A stretch of DNA of 64,000 bases from Octopus sinensis (GCF_006345805.1 NC_043005.1:76012001-76076000), one strand, 5' to 3'. Counted from the first letter of the stretch, positions 38,310 through 50,624 are shown. Numbers and translations: made by a program. Notes: a model not told the origin generated them from the letters alone.

Positions 38310-39256
38310 CTGTCAGATATTTTTACTTATGATAATTATATATTTCCTCACGACGTGTCATACATTTTAATTGTACGTCACTACTTTATTTTCACCAATC
38401 AGTATGTCTCTTGAACAGAAGCAAAACTGAAATCTTAGAAAATATTTAAATTCACAAACTAGAAGTCCTATTCATTTCCCAATTGGTTTGAAATATTTTC
38501 TTCAGTCACTCGTTCCTGATCAATGTTTCAGTTTACTACTAAATAACGAAAGAAAATCGCTTATTTCCTATGATCGATCTAGTATTTATAGGCCTGCTTA
38601 CGTAGTTCTGTAATGGTGAAAATGTCCTGCGTTCGTATTTAGCTTTCAAAATGAATTATTTGTGACACAAATTTTTCATGAGTATTTGTCATAGTTGCGG
38701 ACTGTTCTTGCATTATCTTCACTATGTCTTCATTGCAAGACATAGTTTGAATCTGCAGTTGAAAGAATTTTACTTTATTCTATTACGATGATATTATAAA
38801 GGCATTTGGTAAAGACGAATAAAACAGAATAAGATACATATCGTTGCTATTATGCAAAAGCGTCAGAAAGCGAAAAAATAGTTTCGCCTTTCCATTTTTT
38901 TTTTACATTAGCAACAGTTCCAGCTTAACAATAATATTTTGTTCGATGCATAAAATCGTAACTCCATGCATATATGATATTTTCAGTGAGAAATATTTTT
39001 GCAAAACTGTCGTATGTGAGAATTACTGCACTTTTGAAAATTGCTAAACCGTTGTACTACACTTTGACAGTTTTCATCTGATGTAGCAGGAGATACGACA
39101 GTTTGGCGAAAAGAACCTGCTATTGTAAGCAAACTTACATATTGAAAAAAAAAAAAACGAATTTGGCCAAATTTGGACATGCGGCAGTTTAACATAATAG
39201 CAATGAAATGGATAACAAGGGAGAAAAAAGCTATACCAAAACTTGAGCAAAATACG

Positions 39257-39328
39257 TTCCCATGCCGGGAATCGAACCCGGGCCGCCTGGGTGAAAGCCA
39301 GGAATCCTAACCACTAGACCACATGGGA
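39257..39328 (-). tRNA. tRNA-Glu-TTC: tRNA-Glu(TTC), consensus copy
   Basis: Identical to consensus. Confidence 0.97.
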
Positions 39329-39891
39329 CTACATAGCGGCTTATCTTATAATAGTCAAATATTTCATCAGCAAGTATAATAGGCTTTAATTGCTGGTCGT
39401 TACATTATTTTCACCAATCTGTATGTCTCTTGAACAGAAACAAAACTAAAACCTTAGAGGAGATTTGAATTCCCTGCTGGAAGATAGTAATTAAATTCTT
39501 TCATCTCACAAATGGTTTGAAATATTTTCTTTTGTCACTTGTTTCCCATCGACGTTCCAGTTTACTACCAAATAACAAAAGAATTTAAACAAAATCGCTT
39601 GTATGCCATGATTGATCTCGTTTATTATCTTGTATTTATAGATGTGCTTACATAGTTTTGGTAATGGGGTCAATGCCTTGAGCTCTCATTCAGTTTTCAA
39701 AATGAATTAGTTCTGACACGAATTTCTCATGAGTATTTGTCATAGCTGGGGATTGTCCTTGTATTATCTTCACTCACGAATCAGGACAAGTAGAATATTA
39801 TATTTTGCCAAATAACAAAGCTAAGAAACAGCTTCTGATTTGAGCCCCCAGATGGTTATAGCAAGCTGTGGATCTATTGAATTTCCCAAAA

Positions 39892-40165
39892 GGCATTCTT
39901 TCGATATAACTCGACAAAATCAAAACACTTCACCGGGTATTTCTGTGGAAGCAAATGACAGTTCGATTCTGTTTTCTGCTTGGAAATTTGCAGATTTTAC
40001 ATACACACATGAAATAGGTAAGAACAAATATGCAAGGCTGTTTTTTTTTTTCAAGTTTAAAATGAGACATTGCTGGCATAATTTCGTTATATCTATACTC
40101 CACAGTCCACGAAAATACCCGAAGTGAAATGTCTCGACCTTGTCGAGCTATATCGAAGGAATGCC
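39892..40165. mobile_element. MITE, copy 2 of the same family
   Basis: Same TIR and internal sequence; degenerate TSD TCCCAAAA/CCCCGAAA. Confidence 0.8.
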
Positions 40166-40385
40166 CCCCGAAATACTGTCACCTGTCACCAGTTGTTGAA
40201 TAAAAAAAAAAAAAACTAACGGAAAGTGAAATACATGCATAGCAAAGAGGATAAATGACAAAGAGTGAAAATGGTCTTGATATTCATATTTTTCCAAAGG
40301 AATGTGTACGTTTGGAATTTACCAGCAAATAACTGAAAAATTTTGAACTTAAAGTTATAATTCTCAAAAAAAAAAAGTTATTGCA

Positions 40386-40457
40386 TTCCCATGCCGGGAA
40401 TAGAAACCAGGCCACCTAGATGGGAGCCAGGAAACCTAACTGCTAAACCACATGGGA
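40386..40457 (-). pseudogene. Decayed tRNA-Glu(CTC-lineage) relic
   Basis: TTCCCATGCCGGGAA..GCCACC..GAGCCAGGAA..CCACATGGGA; B box damaged. Confidence 0.75.
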
Positions 40458-40823
40458 TAACCAACTGCCGCCTCTCACAGCAACTCATTCAAACAAAAAA
40501 AAAAAAAAAAGAAAGAAAAATGCTGCTTTTCTTTTTGCCTATTTGTAATTGTTAATGATGATTATTACATTGTGTGGAAACCAAGTTGACTAAAGAAAAA
40601 GATCTGAAATATATCTCTGCAGGGGGAGACATTACACCTTCATTAGACAAAAAAAAAATGTTTGAAAAGCATGTCTCTTATAGCATCTTCTAGACGTGGT
40701 CAAATTAGGTTACTTACAAAAAGTGATGAATAGTGAAAATTGTTTTTAATATTTGTAATGAAAAAATGAAGAAATAACATTGCACAAAATAATCATTTCA
40801 AAGCAAACAACAAAAGTATTTGT

Positions 40824-40867
40824 TTTCACAGCGAGAATTAAACTCGGGCTACCTGGGTGAAAACCAG
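40824..40867 (-). pseudogene. 3'-half tRNA-Glu fragment
   Basis: ..ACTCGGGCTACCTGGGTGAAAACCAG; same unit position as 35308 relic. Confidence 0.5.
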
Positions 40868-40994
40868 TGAGAATGTCAACAGCTTGGGGCTATAAAAAAG
40901 AACTTATTAAAATTCTTCATATGTCATCAATCGCAGTCATAGTTCCTGACTGCTGGCTGTTGTATCTCTCATGAAGTGAAGCATGTCGATTATT

Positions 40995-41200
40995 AGAAAT
41001 GTTAGCGCGCCGGGCGAAATGCTTAGCGGTATTTCGTCTGCTGCTACGTTCTGAGTTCAAATTCCGCCGAGGTCGACTTTGCCTTTCATCCTTTCGGGGT
41101 CGATAAATTAAGTACCAGTTACGCACTGGGGTCGATATAATCGACTTAATCCCTTTGTCTGTCCTTGTTTGTCCCCTCTATGTGTAGCCCCTTGTGGGCA
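40995..41200 (+). mobile_element. SINE family C
   Basis: GTTAGCGCGCCGGGCGAAATG..GTCGATAAATTAAGTACCAG..ATAAAGAAAT. Confidence 0.85.
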
Positions 41201-41465
41201 ATAAAGAAATATATTATCACATTGTATCCGCCAACACAGGAACTAAATTTAAGGTTCTTGAATAAAGTGACAAAATATGAATTGGTGCTAAGGATACCAG
41301 ACCTACGAAACTGACTGAAATTAATTTCACCAGCCACCAGTTACACACCCAATTACACTTTCGCCAGCCACCAATTATGCCTTACAAATAAATAAATGAA
41401 TGAATAAATAAACTCCAGTCTTGTTTCGGTCTAATTGGGCTTCCTCACGAGAGTACAGTGTGACC

Positions 41466-41848
41466 GGAGGCGCAATGGCCCAGTGGTTAGGGCAGCGGAC
41501 TCGCGGTCATAGGATCGCGGTTTCGATTCCCAGACCGGGCGTTGTGAGTGTTTATTGAGCGAAAACACCTAAAGCTCCACGAGGCTCCGGCAGGGGATGG
41601 TGGTGATCCCTGCTGTACTCTTTCACCACAACTTTCTCTCACTCTTACTTCCTGTTTCTGTTGTACCTGTATTTCAAAGGGCCGGCCTTGTCACTCTCTG
41701 TGTCACGCTGAATATCCCCGAGAACTACGTTAAGGGTACACGTGTCTGTGGAGTACTCAGCCACTTACACGTTAATTTCACGAGCAGGCTGTTCCGTTGA
41801 TTCGGATCAACTGGAACCCTCGTCGTCGTAACCGACGGAGTGCTTCCA
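41466..41848 (+). mobile_element. tRNA-derived SINE family B, full length
   Basis: GGAGGCGCAATGGCCCAGTGGTTAGG..GTTTCGATTCCC head; 11-bp TSD ACAGTGTGACC. Confidence 0.92.
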
Positions 41849-42261
41849 ACAGTGTGACCGTTACTGTAGATCTTAGAATAATAAGACAAGTATTCAAGAT
41901 TTGATATTTGAGAATGAGCACAGAATGGGTTTAAGGTTCCACGTGTTAGAAAAAAAACAAAAAAAACAAATTCCGTCTGAATCTGGATAGAAACCTAGTT
42001 TAGTAGACTAAAGGGAAATACTTAGAAATAATTCCCCAGTGCAAGACACAGTTTCAATCTGCAATTGAAAGAATTTCATACTACAACAATGACTTTTATA
42101 AAGGAATCAACCTCAAAACAACTTTTTCTCATTCAGATGAAGTCAAAGGAATCAACTTACACAACTTGGGCGAAAAATATCACGAAAAGTGAAGTATCTT
42201 CGATATTCGATGTAAGATATAAATGGATAACGAAGGATAAAAATGTTATGATCGAAACATG

Positions 42262-42324
42262 TTCCCAAGCCCGGAATCGGACCCGGGCGAAAACCAGGTA
42301 TCCTAACCACTAAACAACATAGGA
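42262..42324 (-). pseudogene. tRNA-Glu relic with ~9-nt deletion
   Basis: TTCCCAAGCCCGGAATCGGACCCGGGC|GAAAACCAGG.. Confidence 0.7.
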
Positions 42325-42630
42325 ATGATTAGCGCGTAATCTTATAATAATCATATGTTTCGTTAGTAACTGCCATAACAGTTCATTGCTGGTCGTTAAA
42401 TTATGTTCACTGATGAGAATGTCTCTTGCAAACAAGCAAAACTAAAACCTTAGAAAAGATTTCAATTTACAAATTAGAAGTTAGTAATTAACGCCTTTCA
42501 TCTCACAAATAGTTTGAAATAATTTTTTAGTCACTTATTTCGCATCTAAAGTTTCAGTTTACTTCCAAATAGCAAAAGAAGTTAAAGGAAGTCGCTTGCA
42601 TCTTATAATTGATCTTGTTTATTATCTAGT

Positions 42631-42979
42631 ACTAGCAGTATAGCCCAGCGTTGCTCGGGCTTGTTTTCTTTTTGTCCCTATAGAATTGGAATTTTTGAAA
42701 AGTAAAAATTTTGCATTATGTAGCTTGTTATTCTCTTTAAGTGAACATTTTTCTGGTTGAAATACAGCGAAAAATGACGACACAGCAGTCAAAAAATCGT
42801 AAAAAATTGGGATTTTCATAGAAAAAAAGCACTGATTTGAATTTTTTCTTCTACGGAAGGAAGAAGAAGCCTCTCATTTTTGGTCAACTTGCGCCGCAGG
42901 GTCTCGGAAGAGATAGTGTTAGTTGAAGGCTACCAAACCTGCCATACACAGACAACTTCAGCTTTATATATAGAGAGAT
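42631..42979 (+). mobile_element. Non-autonomous Helentron/HINE-like element
   Basis: Starts ACTAGCAG..GCCCAGCGTTGCTCGGGC, ends CTTCAGCTTTATATATAGAGAGAT; absent from paralog at ~48090. Confidence 0.55.
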
Positions 42980-43645
42980 TTATAGGCTGTTTACATAGTT
43001 TTAGGAATGGTGATAATGCTCTATGTACGTATTCAGTTTGCGAAATTAATTATTTGTGACACAAATCTGGATAGATCACAGAAATAGACTCTTCTTATTT
43101 TAACATATTGTGAGCAAATAGAGGACGTGAAACCTCTTAAAAACTATTTCAAATCGATGTCTGAAAGATTATGGAAACAAGTCTCACTTAATAGACCAAA
43201 TATACATAATTAGCCGGTCACTACTCCGATCAAAATGTATAAATGAGGATTTCACATCAGGAAATTCTATGTAAACATCTGAAGAACTTTCAATTGTAAC
43301 GTTGCCACATCTTTCCGGCCAGATTTTTCCGCACTATAAAAATGAGACCATTATAAAACCACACAGAGGATAAGAGATTGTGAAGTAGCAATACAGGAAG
43401 CTCAATATCTCACGTTGTTCGACAACCAGACTTGCCAGTAATGAAGAATATGCAGCAGGAATTGCCGAAAATTCCTCTAAAGCTTAATTAATTCATTCAT
43501 TCATTCATGCACGCATACACTCTCTTCCTCTCGACATATACTGCTTTTTCATGTCTACACAATTAGAGAATCAGGCCACAACTACACCACTGTATAAAAG
43601 TACTTTCTACCGTACACCTGTCGACCGCCGAGTCCAATACAAACA

Positions 43646-44065
43646 ATTAATAATATATAATAATAATAATAATTGTGTACAGTGCTCAGGTGCACTACAA
43701 CTCATCTAAAGTGTATATATAATCAGGTGTAGGTTCGGCGGATTTCGGAAAGCATGAGGGCCTTAAAGGATGCAGTGTCATGGCAGTCAACAACTGACTC
43801 AGGCAGTTTATTCCATGCTTCAGCAACTCTGAGCGTGAAAAAATGTTTCCGAAAGTCATGGGAGCTGTGTTGTTTTCTGACTTTGTAGGCATGTCCACGT
43901 GTGTTAGACACATGGAGATCAAAAAGGTGTTCAGTGTTGTTGTTGATGAGGTGGTTGATAACTTTGTGGGTGTTTACCAAGTCCGTCGCCAGACGCCGGA
44001 GCTTCAGTGAATCCATGCCCAGGGAAACAAGGCGCTCAGAATATGGTACATATGAAACATATCGA
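43646..44065 (-). mobile_element. CR1-clade LINE 3' fragment
   Basis: SLKLRRLATDL..NTRGHAYKV..RKHFFTLRVAEAWNKLP; (ATT)n tail. Confidence 0.88.
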
Positions 44066-44565
44066 AAAAAATCTCACTTCCATGGAGTTATCTCATTGTT
44101 AGTGAGATTTCTTTGCTAACTATATATATATATTATATTAACCATCATAAAATGTATTTTGAAAAGTGTCGATCTTTCACAGTTGAGGACTGTTATTGCA
44201 TTATCATTACTCACCAAGTGAGACGAATAGAGTGCAGCGTATTGGTAACTAAGAACTAGCTTCTGGTTTGAGCTTCCAAGCGGTAATAGTAAGCTTTGGA
44301 ACTGTTGATCACTAGGAAATATTTTCCCCAGTCACCAGTAGCAGAGGAAAGGAAACAAAATAGTGAAAAGTAAAACACACCCAAAGGAAAGAAAACAAAC
44401 GATGAATAGTGGTGATGGGTTTCGTATTTATATTTTTCCAAGGCAATATGTACATTTAAATCGATGAACTGAAAGAAGATTTTTTGAAATTGACTAGAAA
44501 ATAATCGAATGATTTTGCATTCAAAGTTGTCGCAATTCTCAACATAGCATTAAAAAAATAAAACA

Positions 44566-44637
44566 TTCCCATGCCGGGAATCGAACCCGGGCCACCTGGG
44601 TGAGAGCCAGGAATCCTAACCACTAAACCACATTGGA
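44566..44637 (-). tRNA. tRNA-Glu-CTC: tRNA-Glu(CTC), acceptor mismatch and weakened D-stem
   Basis: TCCAATG 5' acceptor, GTTT D-stem, loop CT CTC AC. Confidence 0.7.
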
Positions 44638-45282
44638 GCGCACTGCTGCTCATGTCTTAAAGAAGAACATATAAAAGTTATTCTTATGTCATCAATGACT
44701 ATCACTGTTACTGATTGCAGGCTGTTGTATTATTATCGTTCATGAAGTGGAACAGGTAGACTAGTTTTGCAGAGAAACTAAATTTAAAGCTTTGCAATTC
44801 TCTTCAACTGATAAACCAGGAATTTGTACTAAAAATATCTAATCTACGAAACTGATTGAAATAGAAATTGAGTAAAACACATTCTTCAGCCACTAGTACG
44901 CATCCAGCATTTCCAAAATAAATGAATGAATAAATAAATAAATAAATAAATTATAGTTTAAAATATTTGAACAGCAGATAAAACAAACAATACAAAGTGA
45001 AAAACAAAGAAGACAGATTTTGTATCACATTTGTCCATTTCTATTAAAGGTCGGAGCTAATATACCACTTGCTGGAAATAAAGGCAACCCCATTGCTGGA
45101 TGCTTGGATGAAAGTAAGGTCGAGAAAATATATAGTGTTTGTGGTTGTATGAAAACTTAGTTATGAATAGGGCGCAAGTACACTTCATACGTAGTAAGAG
45201 AAGATATTTTAATTAATTGTTGTTAAAGCCTCAATGGTACGAACAACTCATTTCTAAAATATTTATTCTAGTTTCCAAATAA

Positions 45283-45874
45283 CAATCTTTTCTTTTCTCC
45301 TCTAGGCACAAGGCCCAACATTTTGGGGGAGGGGGGACAGTCGATTAGGTCCACTCCAGTACGCAACTTGGTACATAATTTATCGACCCTGAAAGGATGA
45401 AAGGCAAAGTCGACCTCGGCGGAATTTGAACTCAGAACATAAAGACAGACGAAATACCTATTTCTTTACTACACACAAGGGGCTAAACATAGAGGGAACA
45501 AACAAGGACAGACAAATGGATTAAGTCGATTATATCGACCCCAGTGCATAACTGCTACTTATTTAATCGACCTCGAAAGGATGAAAGGCAAAGTCGACTT
45601 CGGCGGAATTTGAACTCAGAGCGTAGCGGCAGACGAAATACCGATTTCTTTACTGCCCACAAGGGACTACACACAGAGAGGACAAACAAGGACAGACAAA
45701 GGGATTAAGTCGATTACATTGACCCCAGTGCGTAACTGGTACTTAATTTATCGACCCCGAAAGGATGAAAGACAAAGTCGACCTCGGCGGAATTTGAACT
45801 CATAATGTAACGGCAGACGAAATACAGCTACGCATTTCGCCCGGCGTGCTAACGTTTCTGCCAGCTCGCCGCCT
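45283..45874 (-). mobile_element. SINE family C (Meta-domain-like) trimer
   Basis: Head GGCGGCGAGCTGGCAGAAACG plus three CCTTTCATCCTTTCG.GGTCGAT units; 14-bp TSD TAGTTTCCAAATAA. Confidence 0.88.
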
Positions 45875-45970
45875 TAGTTTCCAAATAATAACAAGAACAA
45901 CAACAACAACAACAACAACAACAATAATAATAATAATAATATTAATAATCATAATAATAATAATAATAAT

Positions 45971-46459
45971 AAGACTATAAAAGCTAATAAACCGGATATT
46001 ATTATAAAAGATCAGACAAAAAAGATGTGTTTATTAATTGACATGAGTATCCCTTACGATCACAATATAGCGGCGAAAGAATTTGACAAGACCTGCTAAT
46101 AGAAATTGAAAAAATGTGGCATCTCAAGGCGACTACAGTACCAGTGATTGTAGGATCTCTAGGAATGATAAAAAAAGGTACTGAAACCTATTTGAAAATG
46201 ATTCCAGGCTTACCATCCCTACAGGAAGTGCAAAAAATCGTATTAACTGGAACGGCTCATGTACTGAGAAGAGCATTATCGCTGTGAAAACAACATCCAT
46301 CCATGAGTTTATTTATTTATTAATTTTTAAATACATATTTTATCTGGGAATTTGCGTGTGTAATCTGGGAATACATACAATGAGCTTCTTTGCCCTTGGT
46401 GTATGGAAAACACTCGGCGAGGAACGGAAAAAAATTTGACGAAAGAAGGAAAAAACATA
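45971..46459 (+). mobile_element. 5'-truncated R4/Dong-like LINE (RLE domain) within (TAA)n
   Basis: ANKPDIII..LLIDMSIPYDHNIAAKEFDK/DLLIEIEKMWHLK..VPVIVGSLG..EVQKIVLTGTAHVLRRAL; (TAA)n on both sides. Confidence 0.9.
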
Positions 46460-46938
46460 ATAATAATAATAATAATGATAAAAACTGGGAGTGGGAGACG
46501 GCATTGAAATGTAAAATATATATATGGAATATAGTGGGAAGGTGACAACTCAGTCATGTTTCGTTCTTACTGGTCTTCTACACGAGAGTAAAGTGCGGTC
46601 ATTATTGCAGATCTTAGAATAACAAGACAAGAATGGACACTGAGTGGCGTTAACATTCCACTGGTTGGAAACAAACAAACATATTCAGATTGAATCTGGA
46701 TAGAAACAAGTGATGTACATTAAAGGAAAAGAATATAGAGATATGTCTTCTTGTATGCCACAATTTCGATCTGCAGTTGAAAGATTGCCACTTGAATTAT
46801 ACTACGACGATGATTTTTGTAAAGGTATCATCAACCGACATCATGGACGAATAAAATCGCTTTGATAATCGACGTTAGATAGACATGGATAACGAGGCAT
46901 AAAAATACTATACGAAAACCTGAAAAAAAAAAAGTACG

Positions 46939-47010
46939 TTCCCATGCCGGGAATCGAACCCGGGCCGCCTGGGTGAGAGCCAGGAATCCTAACCACTAGA
47001 CCACATGGGA
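46939..47010 (-). tRNA. tRNA-Glu-CTC: tRNA-Glu(CTC), intact
   Basis: Differs from TTC consensus only at the first anticodon base. Confidence 0.95.
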
Positions 47011-47725
47011 ATGCTTTATGGCTACACTTAACTTATAGTAGTTACATATTTCATCAGGAAGTGTCATAGGTTTTGATTGCTTGTAGTCACATTATTTCTT
47101 CAGTTATCAAAGAACAAAAGAAGTTTAAGAATGCATCCTATGATCGATCCTATTTAATATCTAGTATTTATAAACTTGGTTACGTGGTTTTGGGAATCGT
47201 GACAATGCCTTGGATTCGTATTCAGTTTTCAAAATGAATCATCTGTGACACAAATTTTTCATGGGTATCTATCATAGCTGCTGGGGGATGAGGTGAACCT
47301 CATCCCTACAGGGTAAAGAAAAAGGTCTGAAATATAACTCAGAGACAAATATTCAAGATTTGATCTTTGAGAATGAACACAGAGTGGTGTTAAGATTCCA
47401 CTTCTTGGAAACAAACAAATTCAGACTGAATCTGGATAGAAACGAAGTTAGGTATACAAAAGGGAAAAAATAATTCCCCACTGCAAAACAAAGTTTCACT
47501 CTGCAGCTGAAAGAATTTCACTTTAAGTATACTACGACGATGAGTTTTACAAAGGAACCAACCTCAGAACAACTTTTATCTCTTTTAGGCGAAGTCAAAG
47601 GAATCAGACTACACAACTTGGGCAAAAAAATCTTAAGAATTTAATATCGCTTTGATATTCGTTGTGAAATATAAACCGATAACGATGCATAAAGGTGCTA
47701 TACTCTAAACGTAAAAGAAATCACG

Positions 47726-47789
47726 TTCTCATGCAGGTAATCGGACCCGGACAACCTGGATGAAAGCCTGGAATCCTAACCACATGGGA
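47726..47789 (-). pseudogene. tRNA-Glu relic with 8-nt deletion
   Basis: CTAACCAC|ATGGGA, deletion between CCAC direct repeats; paralog of 42262. Confidence 0.7.
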
Positions 47790-48814
47790 ATATACAGCAT
47801 TTAGTTTTATAATAATCATATATTTCATTAGAAACTGCCATAACTGTTAATTGCGGCTCGTTAAATTATTTTGATTCACCAGTATGCCTCTTGCACAGAA
47901 GCAAAACTAAAACCTTAGAAAAGATTTCAATTTACAAATTAGAAGTTAGTAATTAACGCCTTTCATCTCACAAATGGTTTGAAATGTTTTCTTCAGTCAC
48001 TTATTTCGCATCTAAAGTTTCAGTTTACTTCCAAATAACAAAAGTTAAAGGAAAATGTTTGCATCCTATTATTGATCTTGTTTACTGTTTAGTATTTATA
48101 GACTGTTTACGTAGTTTTGGTAATGTTGACAATGCTCTGTGTTCGTATTTAGTTTTCAAAATGAATTATTTGTGACACACATCTGGATAAATCACAGAAA
48201 TACACTCTTCATATTTAAACATATTGTGAGAAAATAGAGGACGAGAAACTTCTTAAACATATTTGAAATGGACGTTGTAAAGATTATGGAAAACGAGTCT
48301 CACTTAATACACCAAATATGCATAATTAGCCGGTGTATTCTTTGATTAAAATGCAGGACTGCGTATTTCGCATCAGGAAATTCTATGTAAACGGCTGAAG
48401 AACTTTCTTTTGTAACGTTACCACAGTTATTTCCTGTCAGATTTTTTTCTGTGACCGTCTATAAATGTGACCGTCTATAAATGTGACCGTCTATAACCAC
48501 ATAGTTGATAAGAGAGAAAGTAGTAGCAATACGTGAATTTCAATATCCAGTGTTGTTTAACAACCAGACATGCCAGTATGAAGAGTCTGCAACAGGAATA
48601 ATCGAAAATGCTACTAACACTTGGCAAAAACTCGCATCATTTCATTCATTTACGCACGCTCCACTCTTTTCCTCTCTTTACTTATTTCTTTTTTTTATGC
48701 CTACACAATTTCAGAATCAGGCCACAACTACACCGCTTATTAAAAGTACTTTCTTTCGCTCCCCAGTGGACCACCGAGTCCAATATAGTCTTTTAAAATC
48801 GGCATATAAATAAT

Positions 48815-49228
48815 TGTAGCGGCACAAGCAGTCAGCGCTATATTGGATGAGACCTCGCGGCAGCCATTGCCATCTCCGAGACTGGAGCGAGACCTCACTT
48901 GCATCCATTTGCCATGCGCGGGATCACAACGAGGCTCGCGATGGCAAACTGTATATAAGAGCAAAACAGAAACAGATTCAGCCTTTTTCTTTCCGGCTCT
49001 TAGCAGCAGTGCTGGCTGAGCGCACTCCATTGGTTGGGCCTGTCTGTATGTTGTACCTCCAGAGGCAATGTGCCCACATTAATGGAGCTACTACACAACA
49101 CACACAGCTAAAGATGGTTAACGAAAGCAGCACACTTCACTTATCCTGTAAAACTTATAAATAAATCAATTGTAAATTGCATTTGTACTTGAAGTCTTCT
49201 CTCTTCACCTGCCGGAGCCTGAACTACA
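48815..49228 (+). mobile_element. Possible solo LTR
   Basis: TGTAG...CTACA termini, TATATAA at 48952, AATAAA at 49160; absent from paralog; no TSD seen. Confidence 0.35.
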
Positions 49229-50216
49229 CGAAGAACAAAATGAGATAATGGAGGAAGGTGATATTCTCCCGATATCCTAAACCTTGCCATCCATTATATA
49301 ATCAAAAATGACTTCTCTCTCATACAATTATCTTATTATTAATGAGGTTTCTTTGCTAATTATATAAAATATATTAACCGGTAATAAAATATATTGTCAA
49401 AAGTGTTGATTTTTGGTTAGTATTTTTCACAGTTGAGGACTGTTATTGCATTATCTTCCCTCACCAACGGAGATGAGGAGAATATAATGTTTTGCCATAA
49501 GGACTAGCTTCTGATTTGAGCTCCCAAGCGGTAATAGTAAGCTTTGGAATAATTGAACACTCGGAAATATTTTCTCCAGTCACCAGTTATAGAGTAATGA
49601 AGAGAAAATATATCATCGATCATTATCACTGTTCCTGATTGCAGGCTGCTGTATTATTGTCTCTCATGAAGTGAAACAGGAAGAATAGTCTTGCTGAGAA
49701 ACTAAATTTAAAGTTTTGTAATTGTCTTCAACTGATAAACCAAGAATTTGTAGTGAGATCTAATCTACGAAATTGACTGAAATAGAAATTGATTGAAACA
49801 CAACCTTCAGCCTTTAGCACACATCCGGCGTTTCCAAAACATATAAATGAAGGAATGAAGGAATGAAGGAATGAATAATTAAGATATAGTTTAAAATATT
49901 TAAACAGCAAATAAATCACACAATACAAAGTGAGAAACAAACAAGATCAGTTTTGTAAACATTCATATTTGTCCATTTCTACTAAAGATCGGAGGTAATA
50001 TTCCAGTAACACAGTAATCCTGTTACTGGATCCTTTTTGTGAATGTATGGCCGGAAAAATATACTGAGGCTTGTTATCCATATGAAAGCTTAATCATGAA
50101 TGGGACAGAAATACGCTTGATACAACTAACGTAGAAACATAAAATATTTCATTTCATTACTGTTAAAACCTGAATAACAATTAATAAAACAGAATGTATT
50201 AGACATGAAAATAACT

Positions 50217-50288
50217 TCCCATGTGGTCTAGTGGTTAGGATTCCTGGCTTTCACCCAGGCGGCCCGGGTTCGATTCCCGGCATGGGAA
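50217..50288 (+). tRNA. tRNA-Glu-TTC: tRNA-Glu(TTC), array unit 1
   Basis: Consensus; followed by CTTATCTTTTTC. Confidence 0.96.
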
Positions 50289-50384
50289 CTTATCTTTTTC
50301 TTTTCTATGCAATATTCATTTCATTACTGTTATAACCTGAATAACAATTAATAAAACAGAATGTATTAGACATGAAAATAGCCT

Positions 50385-50456
50385 TCCCATGTGGTCTAGT
50401 GGTTAGGATTCCTGGCTTTCACCCAGGCGGCCCGGGTTCGATTCCCGGCATGGGAA
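50385..50456 (+). tRNA. tRNA-Glu-TTC: tRNA-Glu(TTC), array unit 2
   Basis: Consensus. Confidence 0.96.
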
Positions 50457-50552
50457 CTTATCTTTTTCTTTTCTATGCAATATTCATTTCATTACTGTTA
50501 TAACCTGAATAACAATTAATAAAACAGAATGTATTAGACATGAAAATAGCCT

Positions 50553-50624
50553 TCCCATGTGGTCTAGTGGTTAGGATTCCTGGCTTTCACCCAGGCGGCC
50601 CGGGTTCGATTCCCGGCATGGGAA
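50553..50624 (+). tRNA. tRNA-Glu-TTC: tRNA-Glu(TTC), array unit 3
   Basis: Consensus. Confidence 0.96.

Noticed and set aside
40386-40457. Apparent CCC (Gly) anticodon
   Set aside because: B box, D arm and anticodon stem are all damaged; it is a decayed Glu relic. The same applies to the TTT loop in the 28724 relic
41466-41540. SINE heads as real tRNA genes
   Set aside because: A/B boxes are present but there is no proper acceptor stem, and they continue into SINE bodies with TSDs
43120-43480. Faint GIY-YIG/Penelope-like wording here and in the paralog 48240-48620 (LIREKVVAIRE..FNNQ)
   Set aside because: Too degenerate to support by eye; needs tblastn or an HMM
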